Shown: piece after piece, positions 38,347 through 50,976 of the stretch | Position numbering within the stretch: position 1 is the first letter of the stretch | Layout: every line of letters begins with the position of its first letter | Assembly: GCA_002633005.1 (NCBI GenBank) | Contig: NMRA01000224.1 | Span: 459,642-523,641, forward strand | Origin: Phoronis australis | Taxonomy: Eukaryota > Animalia > Phoronida | Length of the DNA stretch: 64,000 nucleotides | Reading direction: 5' to 3' | Made by a program: the position numbers and the translations under genes | Notes under the pieces: model-generated | Seen by the model: the letters and a program-made list of their open reading frames with translations, nothing else | The model's database searches: none | What the model was told of the DNA's origin: nothing

Positions 38347-41300
38347 AATCAGTTTTATGAAATGGGTATTTCTGTTAACTATAAACGTGTGATGGAAGTA
38401 CAGGATATGATGACTGCAGCCACATGTCAAAGATACGAAGACAAACAGTCTGTTTGCCCGTCCCAGCTAACAGAAGGAATTTTCACTGTTGGTACTATTG
38501 ATAATAAAGACCACAACTTGTCTTCAACAACAGCTCAAGGCTCTTTTCATGGCAACAGCATCAGTCTTTTCCAAATGCCCACCGACCTAAATCCAGGCAC
38601 GATTCGACCAGCAACACAGCTTAAAGATTTTCAAGAGAGAGAATTCTCACTTCCAGAAACCTATGGTCGTGATTCAGAAGCTAGTATGAATACCAATGCT
38701 GTTAGAATTTCAGAAGTTCCAAATCTGGGTACAAAAAACCACGAGAATTTTCTTATTGGTGAGGAGCTTTTAAAAGAGCATAATTGGGTTCACTTGACTT
38801 CACGGCTTCTAACCAAAGATGTCCTGGGTGATGGTGACAACGTTTCTTGGGCTGCTTGCCATGCAGATCAGCAGACGGAAGCACCAACTCAACAAGGAGT
38901 GTCTGCACTTTTACCTCTTTTTAATGAAAAGGCAGCAACAGTGTCCATGATGAAGCATGAGTATCATTAAGCAATTAACAGACAAACTAAATCCGGGGCA
39001 AACATTAGTAGTTGCTGTAGACCAACCGCTTTATACTCTCTGCAAGTATATACAATGGAAGTGGCCTCAAACGCACTGGAAAACTTCCATGGTCATACTG
39101 ATGGGAGGACTTCATGTTGAAATGGCTTTATGGAGAATGATAGGAGTGATGCTTCCAGATATTGGCTGGACTTCAATTCTTACGGAAGCCTCAGTGGCTA
39201 CAGCTGGCAGAGTTGATTCGTTTCTCCAAGCTTCGCACTTGACTCGAACAAGATATGCACATCAGGTGACAGCTCTGTCTCTAGCAAAGCTCCAGGAAGA
39301 AGCATTTCTTATTTCGGGAAATGAAGGTGGTGTTTTGGATCAACAGTCTTACTCCGGCTGGAAAAGTGAAAGCTCAACAACAAGTCCAACATTTGAGTTC
39401 TGGAATATTATCTTACATGTCCAGTTATTGATTTTGATGTTTGTCCGTGCTCATCGCGAATGCAACTTGTCGCTGTACATTGATGTCCTTGAATCTCTTG
39501 TGCCCTATTTCTTTGCCCTTGACCTTCAAAATTATGCACGATGTGTCCCTGTCCACATCCAAGACATGAGAGTTTTGCCACCTAATGTACGGCATCATCT
39601 GGAGAAACACTGGGTGTTTTCGAAGACACGGCAGAGATTCTGTGCTATTCCAATTGACCAGGCCCATGAACAAAATAATGCCTTAGTCAAAGACAGTGGT
39701 GGGGCTATTGGATTAACTGAAAATCCAAACGCTTTGACAAGGTGGATGGTGTTTGGGCCCGAGCTAGCCTGACTGAGTTCAAATGTCAATATGGTTTTGA
39801 GGACAATAGTGAGGAGACAAGCCACCATGAAGACAGTCTATCCTTCCAGAACAAGTTAAAGAACCATGGAACAGTTTGTGTAATGTAATTTCAGCCAAGG
39901 GAAAACCTTTCCTCGACAGGGGTGATGAATTTATGACGATAGATACTCACAGATGTATTGATAGCCCTATAAGTCTTCCAACTATCGAATTAATTGGAAA
40001 ACAGCAATATGACAATTATAGGCAAGCAGTCCTAATTGAAAAATCCCAAACAACACAGACCCCTATCAAGAAAAACAGGTTTTGTTGTTTTCAAAACAGC
40101 TTGTGGGAAGACAAAAACAGTGACTCAGCAGTGTATCGATGACATCAAGAAAGACTACAGCTTATTTAGTCAACTTTTTATAGCTAGTCAAGTTTGAGAA
40201 GCTAACCTGGATGATTTCTTTATGTATGAGAATCATCCTTGGCCGCCATCCCTGAGCCAGAACGGCAGTCTGCGTTTACCTTCACAGAAGTCACAGTTGC
40301 TCAACATGTTGGAGTTTCCTCACCCAGACGTTCCTGAATCCGCCGATGCTAAAGTCTTTGATGGACCAGCCATTGTGCATAGTTTTCCCCCAAATGAATC
40401 AGCGACATTCGGTCAGTTCAGTGAAAACTTTGCTAAGTGGGCGCATTCTAACCTTCACACCTGCAGGAGAGTTAATATTGTGTTTGATGCTTACACTGAA
40501 GACAGCTTGAAGGCCACTACAAGAGCAGCCAGAGGTTCAGTTGATCGAACCAAAGTTTCACCCCAAACGCGACTGCCTCTGAACTTCCAGAATTTCTTGC
40601 AAAATTCGATGAATAAAGAGGAATTGTTCATGCTGTTAGCTGAAGATATCTCGGCAATCTCCTGTCCTCCAGGAATATATATATATATATGTTACCCACC
40701 GTCAGTCTGTTCTTTCCTCTGCTTCTTACATGCCTCCCTGCGATCACGAGGATGCGCACACCGTATGTGCTTGGACATTGCGGACGCTTTGATGAAAGGA
40801 AATCAAACAATACTGGTTACTACCGTGGATACTAATGCTGTGGTCATTCTTCTTGGTGTTTTTGATCAGCTTAAGGTGTTTTGCAACCAGCAATACAATT
40901 ATGGGTAGTGGTTAAAGCTGGAAAGAACGCACGGGAATTCTTCATCAACGGTATCTTTGACGAGCTTGGGTGCGATTTGTGTGTAGCTCTACCCATGTTC
41001 CATGCCTTAACAGGATCGGACACAACGTCCCAGTTCTATGGAAAGGGGAAGAAAACAGCATGGGAGACTTGGAAAGCTTATCCTGATGCTACTCATGCAT
41101 TCTCGTACCCAGCAATCAATCTCTTTCAGCAACTCACCATCGACAATCTGGAATTCAAAGCAATTGAGACATTTACATGTCTCCTATATGATCGTAAAGC
41201 CAAAACCAGCCAAGTCAATGGTTTACGAAGAGAGCTTTTCACCCGAGAAGTTCAGCTCATGCCAAATCTACCGCCTACCCAGTCTGCTCTGATAAAACAT

Positions 41301-43639
41301 GTTAAGAGATGTTTGTATCAAGCTGGAATATGGCTTAAGAGTCTGATTCCCATCCAAGGGAAACCAAGTCTAGAGGGGTTTGGATGGCAGAGAGACACCG
41401 ACCAACAATGGACACCTTACTGGACAGACATGTCTCCAAAGCCTGTCAACAGCTCATTAAGTGCGGTTGCAAAAGCGTACCACTATGCGGCAAGAGATGT
41501 CGATGTAAAAGCAATTCTTTAGCATGCACAGCACTTTGCGAGTGCCAGGGAACATGCCGGTAACATGGTTTGTTATGGACCAAAGGAACGAATGAATTAA
41601 TTGAATTGTGTGAGCTCTACTTGCAATTTGACATTAATCCGTTTTATTGTGTTGATATTATAAGCAGTTGAAAATACGTTTACAACATTGTGAATATGTG
41701 GACAGGGGCTACATGTAACACAATACTGACAAGGGTCGGACAGTTATCAAAGCTGGCCCCTGAGTTCATGGTAGTCTGTCAAGTTCTATACATATATTGG
41801 CCTCTTTATTATAATATGCACTGAATTTTCATACTAATTGTTCAAATGGGTGATAAATCAGTTCATTTTTAATAAGAAAACCGATTTGTTTTGGTAAGAT
41901 TAGTTTTGAATCAGATCAACGTTATGGTTTCGTTAAAATTACAGTCAGTTAGTTAAAGTTTGGCGGCCATGTTGGATTTATGCAAATGAGGTGTCTTAAC
42001 ATTATGAGGACAACATGTTACAATGTCATTTTAATAGTTTTTTATTTAATAAAGTACCTTTACCTAGCCTAAAATGTGTTATTATCTCTCAAGCAACCAT
42101 GGATTGTATTGCTTGGCGGCCATTTTGTTTTTCGAGATTTGACCTTGACCTTGACCTCAACATTTGGGCAACCGATCCCCATGAGAATCAGCGTGTCAAA
42201 AAGTACTAGTGTGCCAAATTTGTTGCTTTAATTCGAGGTGGAAACGTTTTCTGGTTAAGGGCCTGGACTTTTAATCTGAGAACAAATAAAAACACAAACG
42301 CCTCCACAGGCATCCCTGTACGTGGAAAAGGTACTTCTAAGCTTATAGCAACATGACTGATGGTTAATCAGTGTGATACATAATTTGCCGAAAAGCATGC
42401 GGCATATGGAGGACCTATGGTTTGATCACAATCTCTACTTGGCCATCGGTATTGTCTAAGGCCTGGGCAGCCAAGGGACAGAACAAGTCAAGAAAACAAC
42501 TCATAATACTGAACACACTTGGAGAACGCTGAGATGTACCTTTCAAAAACACATACCTGTTTTTCAAAGCTATAAAGTTGTTATTTCTTTCTCTTTCTTG
42601 AACCGTGGTCGATAATATGCCTTTCCTGCTCACAAATGATGCACTCATGTTTCAGAATGTTCCGATCTTGTTCAGGTTAATTTGGTGTTTCAGATTTTGG
42701 AAGTATAATTGATTTTCTTTGGTAATCATGGATAACATCTGTGTAACTTTCAGTAGCTTCAGCTTTAGCACTACTGCTGGTGTCTTGTAACGTTGTTATT
42801 GGTTTCTATGTCCTTCCAATTTTCGATCGAACACTTAGACTTCAAAATTTTTTACAGTTGGACCATTGTATAACGATTCATACTCGTTCTTCCATTAATT
42901 ATAAACACATTGGTTATTGGTTATAACGTTTCCAGTATCATCGTGTACCTCCATGGGTATTCTCTTTCTAAAGGAGGGTCCCAAGTTCTTAATATACTTG
43001 GTATTTTTTAATTTAGCAAGAACACTCAACATTGCTTTTGTTAAAGACAGGATGTCGCAAGGGTTTCAGGACTTAACTCACAAAATTATTCATCATAAAA
43101 TACTAGCCAAATAACCGACACTGTCATGGTATGGACCTTGACACTGTAGTGAGCAACATCTCACGAGGTGTTACTGCACTATTCGTGAGCGCTAGGACGA
43201 TTCCTAATGAGCTATTGCACTATCTAATTAATGTGAATCGCATGGGCAAATAACTGCACTAATGTTGCTTTTGTTCCAATCGTCGGTTCTTCATTGAGTA
43301 ATTCTAAACGTGAAGGGGGCAACGTTGTCTAATCTGCTACCCTCATCTTTCTCGCTGCAGCGCACAACTCACTACCTTTCCCGTGTGAACTTTAATTCAA
43401 ATATAACTTACGCATTGCAGGGCTCTTGACGCTAAGTGTTGATACTAGGGGCAAGTTCTCCCCGTTTTCTTTTCAGTAAGTTGTGCTTATATAAGTAGAG
43501 GCCAAAACCTGTATATGCTCACGTGCACAAGCAATTAGGCTGTGACGTATAGAATTCCGTCAAAACCATGTTTATTACAGATACATATCAAGAGAGGGCG
43601 CTTGTGTGCTCATGAATTTCATTACACCTGCCACTATAC

Positions 43640-43747
43640 CGTTTGTACATGCTCCAAGTAGAGTTATGATATTTGGATGACGCCCTACGTATATAAGTTG
43701 TTCCATTTCAAGCTTGAGCGATAGCAATTCCTCTTTTGTGCCATTTT
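43640..43747 (-). CDS. RTK kinase exon, alpha-C and subdomain IV (ENGTKEELLSLKLEMEQLIYVGRHPNIITLLGACTNG)
   Basis: Not in the ORF track; found by manual translation. Sites ttttttcag and gtatag; 108 bp, phase 1 to 1. Confidence 0.93.
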
Positions 43748-43982
43748 CTGAAAAAACAAGACCACAAACTCTGAATCAAATGAGGAGTTACATGTTTAAA
43801 ACTGCCATAAAACCTTCCGACAAAAATTAAATGAAAAATAAAAAACATAGACAGAACATTATTTCTGCTACCAACAGGAACGTAGAAATTATTAGCGCTT
43901 CAGAATTCATAGCGGAAGTGAAAATAGCGCATGTGCGGTTTGCTTTTGACTGGAGTTGGTAACGGAAATGGAATCCTACTAA

Positions 43983-44132
43983 CAGTGCTGTAGTGGCAAA
44001 ATTAGAGGTAAGTAGGCGCCCAAAGCCCACCGTATCGCCTTGAACACTGAATGTAACTTGCGGTGCGTAGGCGTTACGTTCAAATGCCAAAAGGTGGTCG
44101 CCTACGTGCGCCTACTCCCCACTACAGCACTG
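43983..44132. mobile_element. hAT-like MITE
   Basis: TIRs CAGTGCTGTAGTGG / CCACTACAGCACTG; 8-bp flanks CCTACTAA / CCTAGTAA. Confidence 0.75.
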
Positions 44133-44825
44133 CCTAGTAAGGTAAGGGATACTACGAGACCGAGTAAACAACCTAGTTTAGATTTTCGATTTTTAGCCAG
44201 CTAAACGGGACGAACTCCAGCTTTAAGTTTTGAAATTGGTCTCAATTTGTTTCTTTCTCCTGGTCTTCGGAAGAAGCCATAATTCACCACTGTTCGAGAC
44301 GAGGCTCGTAAGTCAGCGTGACATTCAATAGGAATGTTTAGCATTTCATCATTTTGACGTTTTGGACACAGTGTGACGGCATGTCTATTCTTATATCTGG
44401 GTCCAAATTATGTCATCTACAGTCATGATCACTAAACATCCGAATTCGGTGTCGAGCATATTCGCAAGCAGTAAAGAATCGTCAGCTAAGAAATCCCTTC
44501 TAATCTGAGTGATGATTGAGGCTAAAACGAGAGACAAAACAGTTACACGCAATGCTTCGTCATTCATCAAGTTCCCTCTGACCCAAGTCCTCTGGTGACC
44601 GAACAAACACAATGGAACTAGGTGCAGCTAACAGTAATTCACGAAGCATTCATTCATGGGACATTTACTGAGGGAAGCGTTGAGTCTTGCTTTACAAACT
44701 GAGGAAAGTGGTGTAAATCAAATGTTACGATTTTTGTTAACGGCTGACTTATAGACGTTTGAATTTTGTAATTCTGCAATTTTTACATTACAAATTCTAA
44801 TTGTTTTCTTTTCTGTCCCATATAC

Positions 44826-45066
44826 CTCGAACAGTCTTTACAGCCACTTTCACTGGCTCTGAAGTATCACGTGACTGAGCCCATCCTTCGTACACCAACC
44901 CGAAGGCACCTTCTCCTATACGTTGTCCAACTTTTAACGACTCCCGCGGTAGCTCCCAATTGACTGCGCTGTGATGGTATTCCATATCGGACACACATAA
45001 TTCAATGTCGTTGCCTGGACTTTCACAAAAGATACCATTGACCGTCAAAAGGCGCTGACTGAAACC
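44826..45066 (-). CDS. RTK juxtamembrane and kinase subdomains I-II exon (WELPRESLKVGQRIGEGAFGLVYEG...VAVKTVR)
   Basis: GEGAFG loop and VAVK lysine; 241 bp, phase 0 to 1. Confidence 0.93.
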
Positions 45067-45839
45067 CTAAAATTTCAGGTGAAATGTTCTGAAGTAAACT
45101 TGCGCGATGCAATAGAGAGATCAACAATTTAAAGTACTTTCTTTCAACTTTGCAATATGCTGAGCTCGAGACCCTCGAAATTTACTCGGAACCTTAGATT
45201 TCTCAGAGAGTTTACTGCAAACTGAATTCAATCGAGAAATATCCGAAAAATGGAGACCACTAAATTTTACTTAAAAGGATACCAAACCAAGTTTTATGCT
45301 ATTTAGAGATACCAAAAACGACTTTCCATCCAGTTCTCTGAGACAAAATAGTGCTCTCGTAACCCTTGGCAATCCTCAAAAGTTTGGAGGGAAACCTGAA
45401 AACTCATTTGAAAGTCTGCTAAACGTTTGACCTACGCTTTTAGCGAATTACACGGCAACTGTGGAAATAGACCACCCACCATGGACCTAAAAGAGTTCCC
45501 ACCATGACCCTGTGTCTCAAAAAGGAATTTTATTGTTACATCTTAACAGATTTAATAGCCTTTAGTAGACCTGTTGCTACAAAACAATCTAAAAATTTTA
45601 AAAATATATTTTTCTGTTATCGAGTTTGTACACAATGGGTGGAAGACCGCCTCAGCAGCCGTTGTTGTTTTACCAGTGCGATACTGATGAGTTGTGAAGA
45701 AAGTCCGCGTGGAGCCGTCTTTTTCAGACATGAAAAGGTGGGCATGTGGAAACTGTGGTAACAACAACTTGACTGTAAACGTCTTAGTGTTCAAATTTCC
45801 TAAATACGTGAAAGTTGCACAAAAATGGCATCGGTTTGT

Positions 45840-45988
45840 CATGGGCGGCGCACCATAGGAGCCTGGGGTAGGGCTATAGCCCCCCACATTTTCAGGGCTA
45901 AGCCGCCCTTGGTCTATAGGCGGTGCAACACAGGAGGGCTGGGGTGGGGAGTTTAGCCCCCACTTTTTCAGTGCTGCGCCACCCATGA
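45840..45988. repeat. MITE-like element (CATGGGCGGCGCA...TGCGCCACCCATG)
   Basis: Inverted ends with an internally duplicated unit; related to 11999-12088. Confidence 0.55.
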
Positions 45989-47640
45989 TTGTGCGCCGAA
46001 CAAGAGTGTGGAGTGTCAGTGTGGAACATGAGATTCAGTTTGGCGTAAGCCACACTTTGATCGGCACATTTCAAAGAATCGTGTTTCGACCACACACATA
46101 AGCGGCGTTACAATGAAGGACTCACCACCAAGTAAGTGCATTTGCAAATTTTGTAAATAAAGAACAAACTGCTTCCATTCTAGGGCGAGTGATGCCGGCC
46201 GAGATCGAGTGCTACTACAAGTAGGCTTATGCATATTGTGTTTAGACTGTGCTCATTCCATCACGGCAATAGTGAATACGAGTAACCCAGGTTGGCTGTG
46301 GCCTTTGTCAGTAATTATTAAGTGTCTATTTTGTGAGTAGTGACCACCACTTGGTAGAGTTGGTTGTGGCTCACATATGTCATTTCTCGTGCAAGTGGGT
46401 CGAGTTCATACGGTCCGAAACTCGACGAAAGTTCGCTAAATGGGAAATCAAATTCATTGTCTGATTCTTCAAGTACTTGAGTATAAGTGCCCGTATCCAC
46501 TCTCCCCCCCCTGTCTGCATAATAATTGTCCAGTTCTCGCCTAATATTGTCACTGTCTTCTGACCTGCAGTGTTCCGACATTGCAAATGATTGTCAAGCG
46601 GCCAACAGTCTTCCACTCATTGCATCATTTGGCGGGAAACTTAGAAATAAGTAATTTTTCTTCAAAATTAAAAAAGTTGCCATTATTTGGCATAAAAAGT
46701 GCCTATTTAGCAAGATTTTATGGTATTCGATTCATATTTAGCTAACTGAAACCTGAAAAAGTAAGAAATGCTTGGTGGGAACTCTTTAATAACCAATTTG
46801 TGACATAGGGAGTATGAGTTTTTCATTGATTCCTGCGTTTAACTTTCAAGATTGACGCCAACGATGCATTAAGTGGTGACAAGACGAGGATTGGTGGAAA
46901 TCATCAAACGGGGGTTTAGTATCCTTTTAAATCACTTCAATACTCACCTCTTAAAAAGAGCTGAAGTTCCACCACAGGGCTTTTCATCACTTGGTGATAT
47001 AAACCAAAAACAAGGGAGGGGAATTCTAGTTCTACTAAGCAAATCAAATTCCCTTGATGCGTTTAGAACACCGCAGACCGTCTTACCGATTATTTTTCGC
47101 CTCCTTTTTCCTTCCTTTAGCAACAGCGAATCAAATTGTCTGCCATCTTCTACCCTTTGTCTTTGACCCAAATGCCAGCCAACGAACTCAGTGAATGCTT
47201 CGGTTCACGAGTTCACGGGTAGATTAAAAGATATAAATGGCGGAGTGACAAGCGAAAAGTAATAAGTCGAATCTTCCAGTGAATAATTTCTTTCGAATTT
47301 GATTTGGTTATCACTAATAGACTGAACAAGAATTTTCCTTCCATTCTTTTGGTTTATGTCCTTCGGTGAAAAGCCCTGTTTAAGCTCTATTTAAGAGCTC
47401 AGTATTGGCTGTAATAAATATGAAGTTTGCCAATAATTTAGGTGTGAAAAAGTCTACGGCGTGCTCGAAGAAAAATTCAAGGGTGTGCACTTTGTGAATG
47501 TAATTTCATTCATTTACACTGATAGAAATTGTAGTAAAACACTCACAGTTTTCAATAAGGTATCAAATTGTGAACTTGAGGTTTCAAATAAATTAGTTGT
47601 GCTTTATACTTTTTCAAGTCAGTACAAATTCTCAAATTGA

Positions 47641-47815
47641 GGAGACAGTGTTGCGCAGTAGTTTGAACTCCGACTCCGTTTGGGAGACAAAGGTTGGAAT
47701 CCTGGCTTTACTGGCTGACAATCGAGCATTGCACAACGGTGTCTCCTACTCCTTTGATCCCAGTCTTACTAATTAATGTGTGCAAATGACACAATGCGTA
47801 AGCGATTTTTGGGGC
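47641..47815 (+). mobile_element. Possible decayed tRNA-derived SINE
   Basis: A-box-like ttgcgcagtag and B-box-like ggttggaatcc at tRNA-like spacing. Confidence 0.35.
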
Positions 47816-48040
47816 TGTGTTCATATATTTATATCAAAATTGTCGTCACTGAAAGTCACATAGGCCACTTAAGCCTTAATGTTTCATTATAGAAGTGAAT
47901 GAGGTAAAAACATCAAGAAAATCAATTATTTGTATTGCATAACTAAGGTTTCTTACGGCTGGTACCTCGCACAACACTCGCTTTATTGAATACATTCAAT
48001 ACCTTGCACGATTACATAGCGCGACAAAAAAGCGACAAAC

Positions 48041-48201
48041 CTCATAGAAAACGTTATCTCGCTGAATCCTCTTGCTCTTGGTTTTTGCGTCCTCAAAAAG
48101 CCGTTGGCAGACATGTCTGCTTTTCATCCAGTACATGAAGACGACAAGGGCACACAGAAAAATAACACCAAACACTAGCAGACCGCCAATCATAGCACCG
48201 A
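48041..48201 (-). CDS. RTK transmembrane exon (VGAMIGGLLVFGVIFLCALVVFMYWMKSR...NVFYE)
   Basis: Hydrophobic stretch followed by basic residues; 161 bp, phase 1 to 0, compatible with both neighbours. Confidence 0.9.
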
Positions 48202-48410
48202 CTAAAATAAATTGAAACATTTTACATGAAAGAAAAAGCGTCGATAGAACGAAGGGCCATTCAGTGTTAGTTTTTGTCCTCTAAAGTACTATATTTTCCC
48301 TCATGGCGTGTTCGAAGGTTATGATAAATTTGTAAGTTAGTTTGGTCGTTAATAATTAGTCCATGTTTAGTAAAATACCGTGAGTTAGCATGTAGCAGAT
48401 CTAGTAATAC

Positions 48411-48608
48411 CTAGCCGAACGTTGCTGTGTGGAGTCGTGACAACACATGTGAGCTCGCTCATGTTCCGTGACCACTGCTCAAGCTCTTCGCCTCCTAGAC
48501 ACCGACACTGAGTGACGTTTGTGCTTGCCATGTTGCTAATGGCGTTCTCGGGGCATCGGGAGCAAGGCTCATTTCCGGCAATGTCTTTGAAGTGATTGAC
48601 AGGGCATT
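48411..48608 (-). CDS. RTK ectodomain exon, Eph-receptor-like Cys-rich repeat (ECPVNHFKDIAGNEPCSRCPENA...QCRC)
   Basis: CPxxxFKxxxGxxxCxxCP pattern; 198 bp, phase 1 to 1. Confidence 0.88.
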
Positions 48609-49673
48609 CTAAAAGACAGACAACGGACACAGAAGTTGTGCTATATATAGAAGAGTGCAGACAACTAGCTGTCTATAAACGCTAGCGCATCTAGGCGCGT
48701 ATTCAGGGGTTTAACATGTCGATCGTGTAAAAAGTGGCAGTAAGCCATCTACACGGGCAGATTTGCTCGTGCAAAGCAACGTCATGACGTTGTTGTCCGT
48801 CGTTTTAATTCAAGTTGGGTAAGATAAAACACTTGGTTTTCCCCTGACGGCTATACAGATTCGATAAGCTGAGACTAACACGACAAGACACGAAACATAA
48901 TGATCCAAGGTTTAATCAACAACAACCTGACAGTTTGTCTCGAGGCTACCAGTCATATTATTCTGAGTAAAGAACAAAATGATGTCGATTTTATAAGCGA
49001 CCTATATCAAGCAAAAGTTGGGGTTTTTTTTGACAGAAAGACACGATGGCCGCGACAATGGTGGCAGTAAAGATACAAAAAGTTTCCTGCACCTTCCATA
49101 AACGTGGGGTACGGCACAGACAAGGCACAATAGCATGTGATATTATGGCGAGAAAGTAATTTCATTAGGGAGAGTCTACACATTACTTCGTCCAAAATTT
49201 GCAATTTTCCCCCTTCCCTCCTCTGTCATCGCCCATCAGTTGTTAACTCCCCCGTCCAGCCTAGCTGTGATTACGTCAGCACAATCACCCCCTGTTAAAG
49301 AAGTGATGGAGTTGGTCTGTCGTTTGTCCCATGTGTACGTATTTATAATGGCAGGTCCCGATTTTGGTGTTAGTCAATTCCCCTAGAAAGTGAACCAGAT
49401 TCTTAACGATATGTACTGTGACGGAGACATTCTGACAAACCACATGACGACGTAAACATGAGTCGCTCTCCCCTCCCCCTTGAAAAGTCATCTTTTACGA
49501 CCCTCCTCCCCCATCTAGTGACCACGTAATATATGAATGTACCCTAGTCACTTCTTTTAGCTTGCATTTAGCGATTACAATATAAAGGATACTGTATAGG
49601 CCAATGGTTACAATATGTCTGGGCTATTCTGTCATTCCTGCTAAAACACAGAATGATAAAATGAAGTTCTTAC

Positions 49674-49756
49674 CGGTGCAAAAGTCTTTGTCGTATTGCA
49701 ACAAACAACCGCACGGTGTCGCTTCGGAGTTATTGGCCACTGTTTTTCTAGTAAAT
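49674..49756 (-). CDS. Probable ectodomain exon (FTRKTVANNSEATPCGCLLQYDKDFCT)
   Basis: gttgcag and gtaaga sites; ends in phase 1 to give CT-E-CPVN. The upstream join is unresolved. Confidence 0.6.
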
Positions 49757-50545
49757 CTGCAACGACATTTCGAATTACTTAATAAGTTCTATTTTGATTC
49801 TATTACAAACTGTCATCCTCAGTCTGCAACGGTAATAAATAATCGGGCACTGAAATTAGTTCTAAACTCATCTAAACTATAGGCACCAGTTTAAACGAAA
49901 GCTATTGATTAGTGCGCTGCTGCCTTGGGTAACATTCATGTGAGACTTTCACAGCAGTGTCTTTATGATTCATTTGAAGGTGTTCGGAAATATTAGATCG
50001 AGAATTACCGTCAAAATACTCACCATGCAACTGAGGAAAACTTTTCGTTTGTTGCTGACCGAAAATAAAGCGCATATTTAGGTCGCATCTGGATGTTGTG
50101 CACGTGCACCACTTAATGAGCAAAACCACTTACACTCAAGTGAAGTGTTTTGTCAGTTTTCAAACAGTAGATATTGGCAGGTTTGCCGCTGAATAATAAC
50201 TACAGTACAAGCCAAAACGATTTCAGACCCAATGAACCGTAATTCACCGTCATGATGATATAAGACGGAAGCCGAATTTATCGTCAGAGTAGTCTCCCCT
50301 GATGACTAACAATGAAGGGGAATTAACAGGGAAGTTAATAAGGCGGCTAAGCCATTCTGTTATTAGAATTTTGTCACCCACTGCTCGATAGTTACTAGTG
50401 ATGTTTACCGTTAACAGAAATTATCGTCATGACGGAAAACGGTATTTTGTCTGATTACTTTGACTTGTACTGTAAATACGGCAAATCACATAGGCAATCT
50501 ACAATACAAAATTTGCAACACGTTGCACATAGGCGAAAGACGGGC

Positions 50546-50675
50546 GGGTGGCAGACAGGTGGAGCTGTTGATAGTTTTACCCACCCAGGTAAGCACGTGC
50601 ATACACCTCTTACGTTCACGGCACCTGGTGGGCACTTGGTCAGGCAATCACTGTTAAGGTTGTTGGCTGGGCAAC
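50546..50675 (-). CDS. Cys-rich ectodomain exon (GCPANNLNSDCLTKCPPGAVNVRGVCTCLPGWVKLSTAPPVCH); donor position uncertain
   Basis: ttccag acceptor in phase 1 matches the LRR-CT exon donor; CPxxxxxxxGxCxCxxGW pattern. No clean GT at the expected end. Confidence 0.7.
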
Positions 50676-50976
50676 CTGGAACGATAACATCAAAACATGG
50701 AGACGGCACTACGCTATCCTTCTTCTTCCTTTATTTGTACACATGGCCATCGGCCTCAAGTACAACAAACAAGCAAACAAGATCTTAGGAGTGTTATGCA
50801 CACTAGTCGGTAATACACAAGCTGTTCCGTTTTTAGATGCGTAGGATACATATTCCACAATTGAAAAATCTGGATTACATAATACTCTGTGAAATTTAAA
50901 CAAAGAGAGACTTGTGCAGAGGCTCTCACTTATAAACTTAACTCTGATTTTGGAAAAAGCGTCGCAATTAACTAAC

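Larger units (their letters stand above)
34529..41563 (+). pseudogene. Academ transposase-XPG-Cys8 pseudogene (frameshifts, stops, LINE insertion)
   Basis: IDNKD, AVDQPLY, GGLHVEM, FFALDLQNYAR and DQAHEQNN (transposase); VFDGPA, VFDAY, VDTN and HALTGSDTTSQFYGKGKKTAW (XPG/FEN1-like); C-terminal CGCK...CRCK...CTALCEC. Confidence 0.85.
32926..42270 (+). mobile_element. AcademX DNA transposon, full-length but defective
   Basis: 5' TAG terminus; imperfect TIRs of about 140 bp (tagtccggtccctta... / ...taagggcctggactt); TTA 3-bp TSD; empty site in the 56250-56290 paralog. Confidence 0.88.
28871..42823 (-). mobile_element. Non-autonomous Academ-derived element, copy A (truncated; host to nested insertions)
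   Basis: Segments 28871-30339, 32802-32925 and 42271-42823 are colinear reverse-complement matches to about 55765-57990. Confidence 0.85.

Noticed and set aside
44391-44522. ASIITQIRRDFLAD after an AG looked like the kinase alpha-C exon
   Set aside because: It lacks the Glu and the HxNI..LLG motif and runs into a stop; the real exon is 43640-43747.
50024-50054. 31-bp micro-exon with a gtgagt donor
   Set aside because: The only frame compatible with the 49756 exon creates TGA at the junction.
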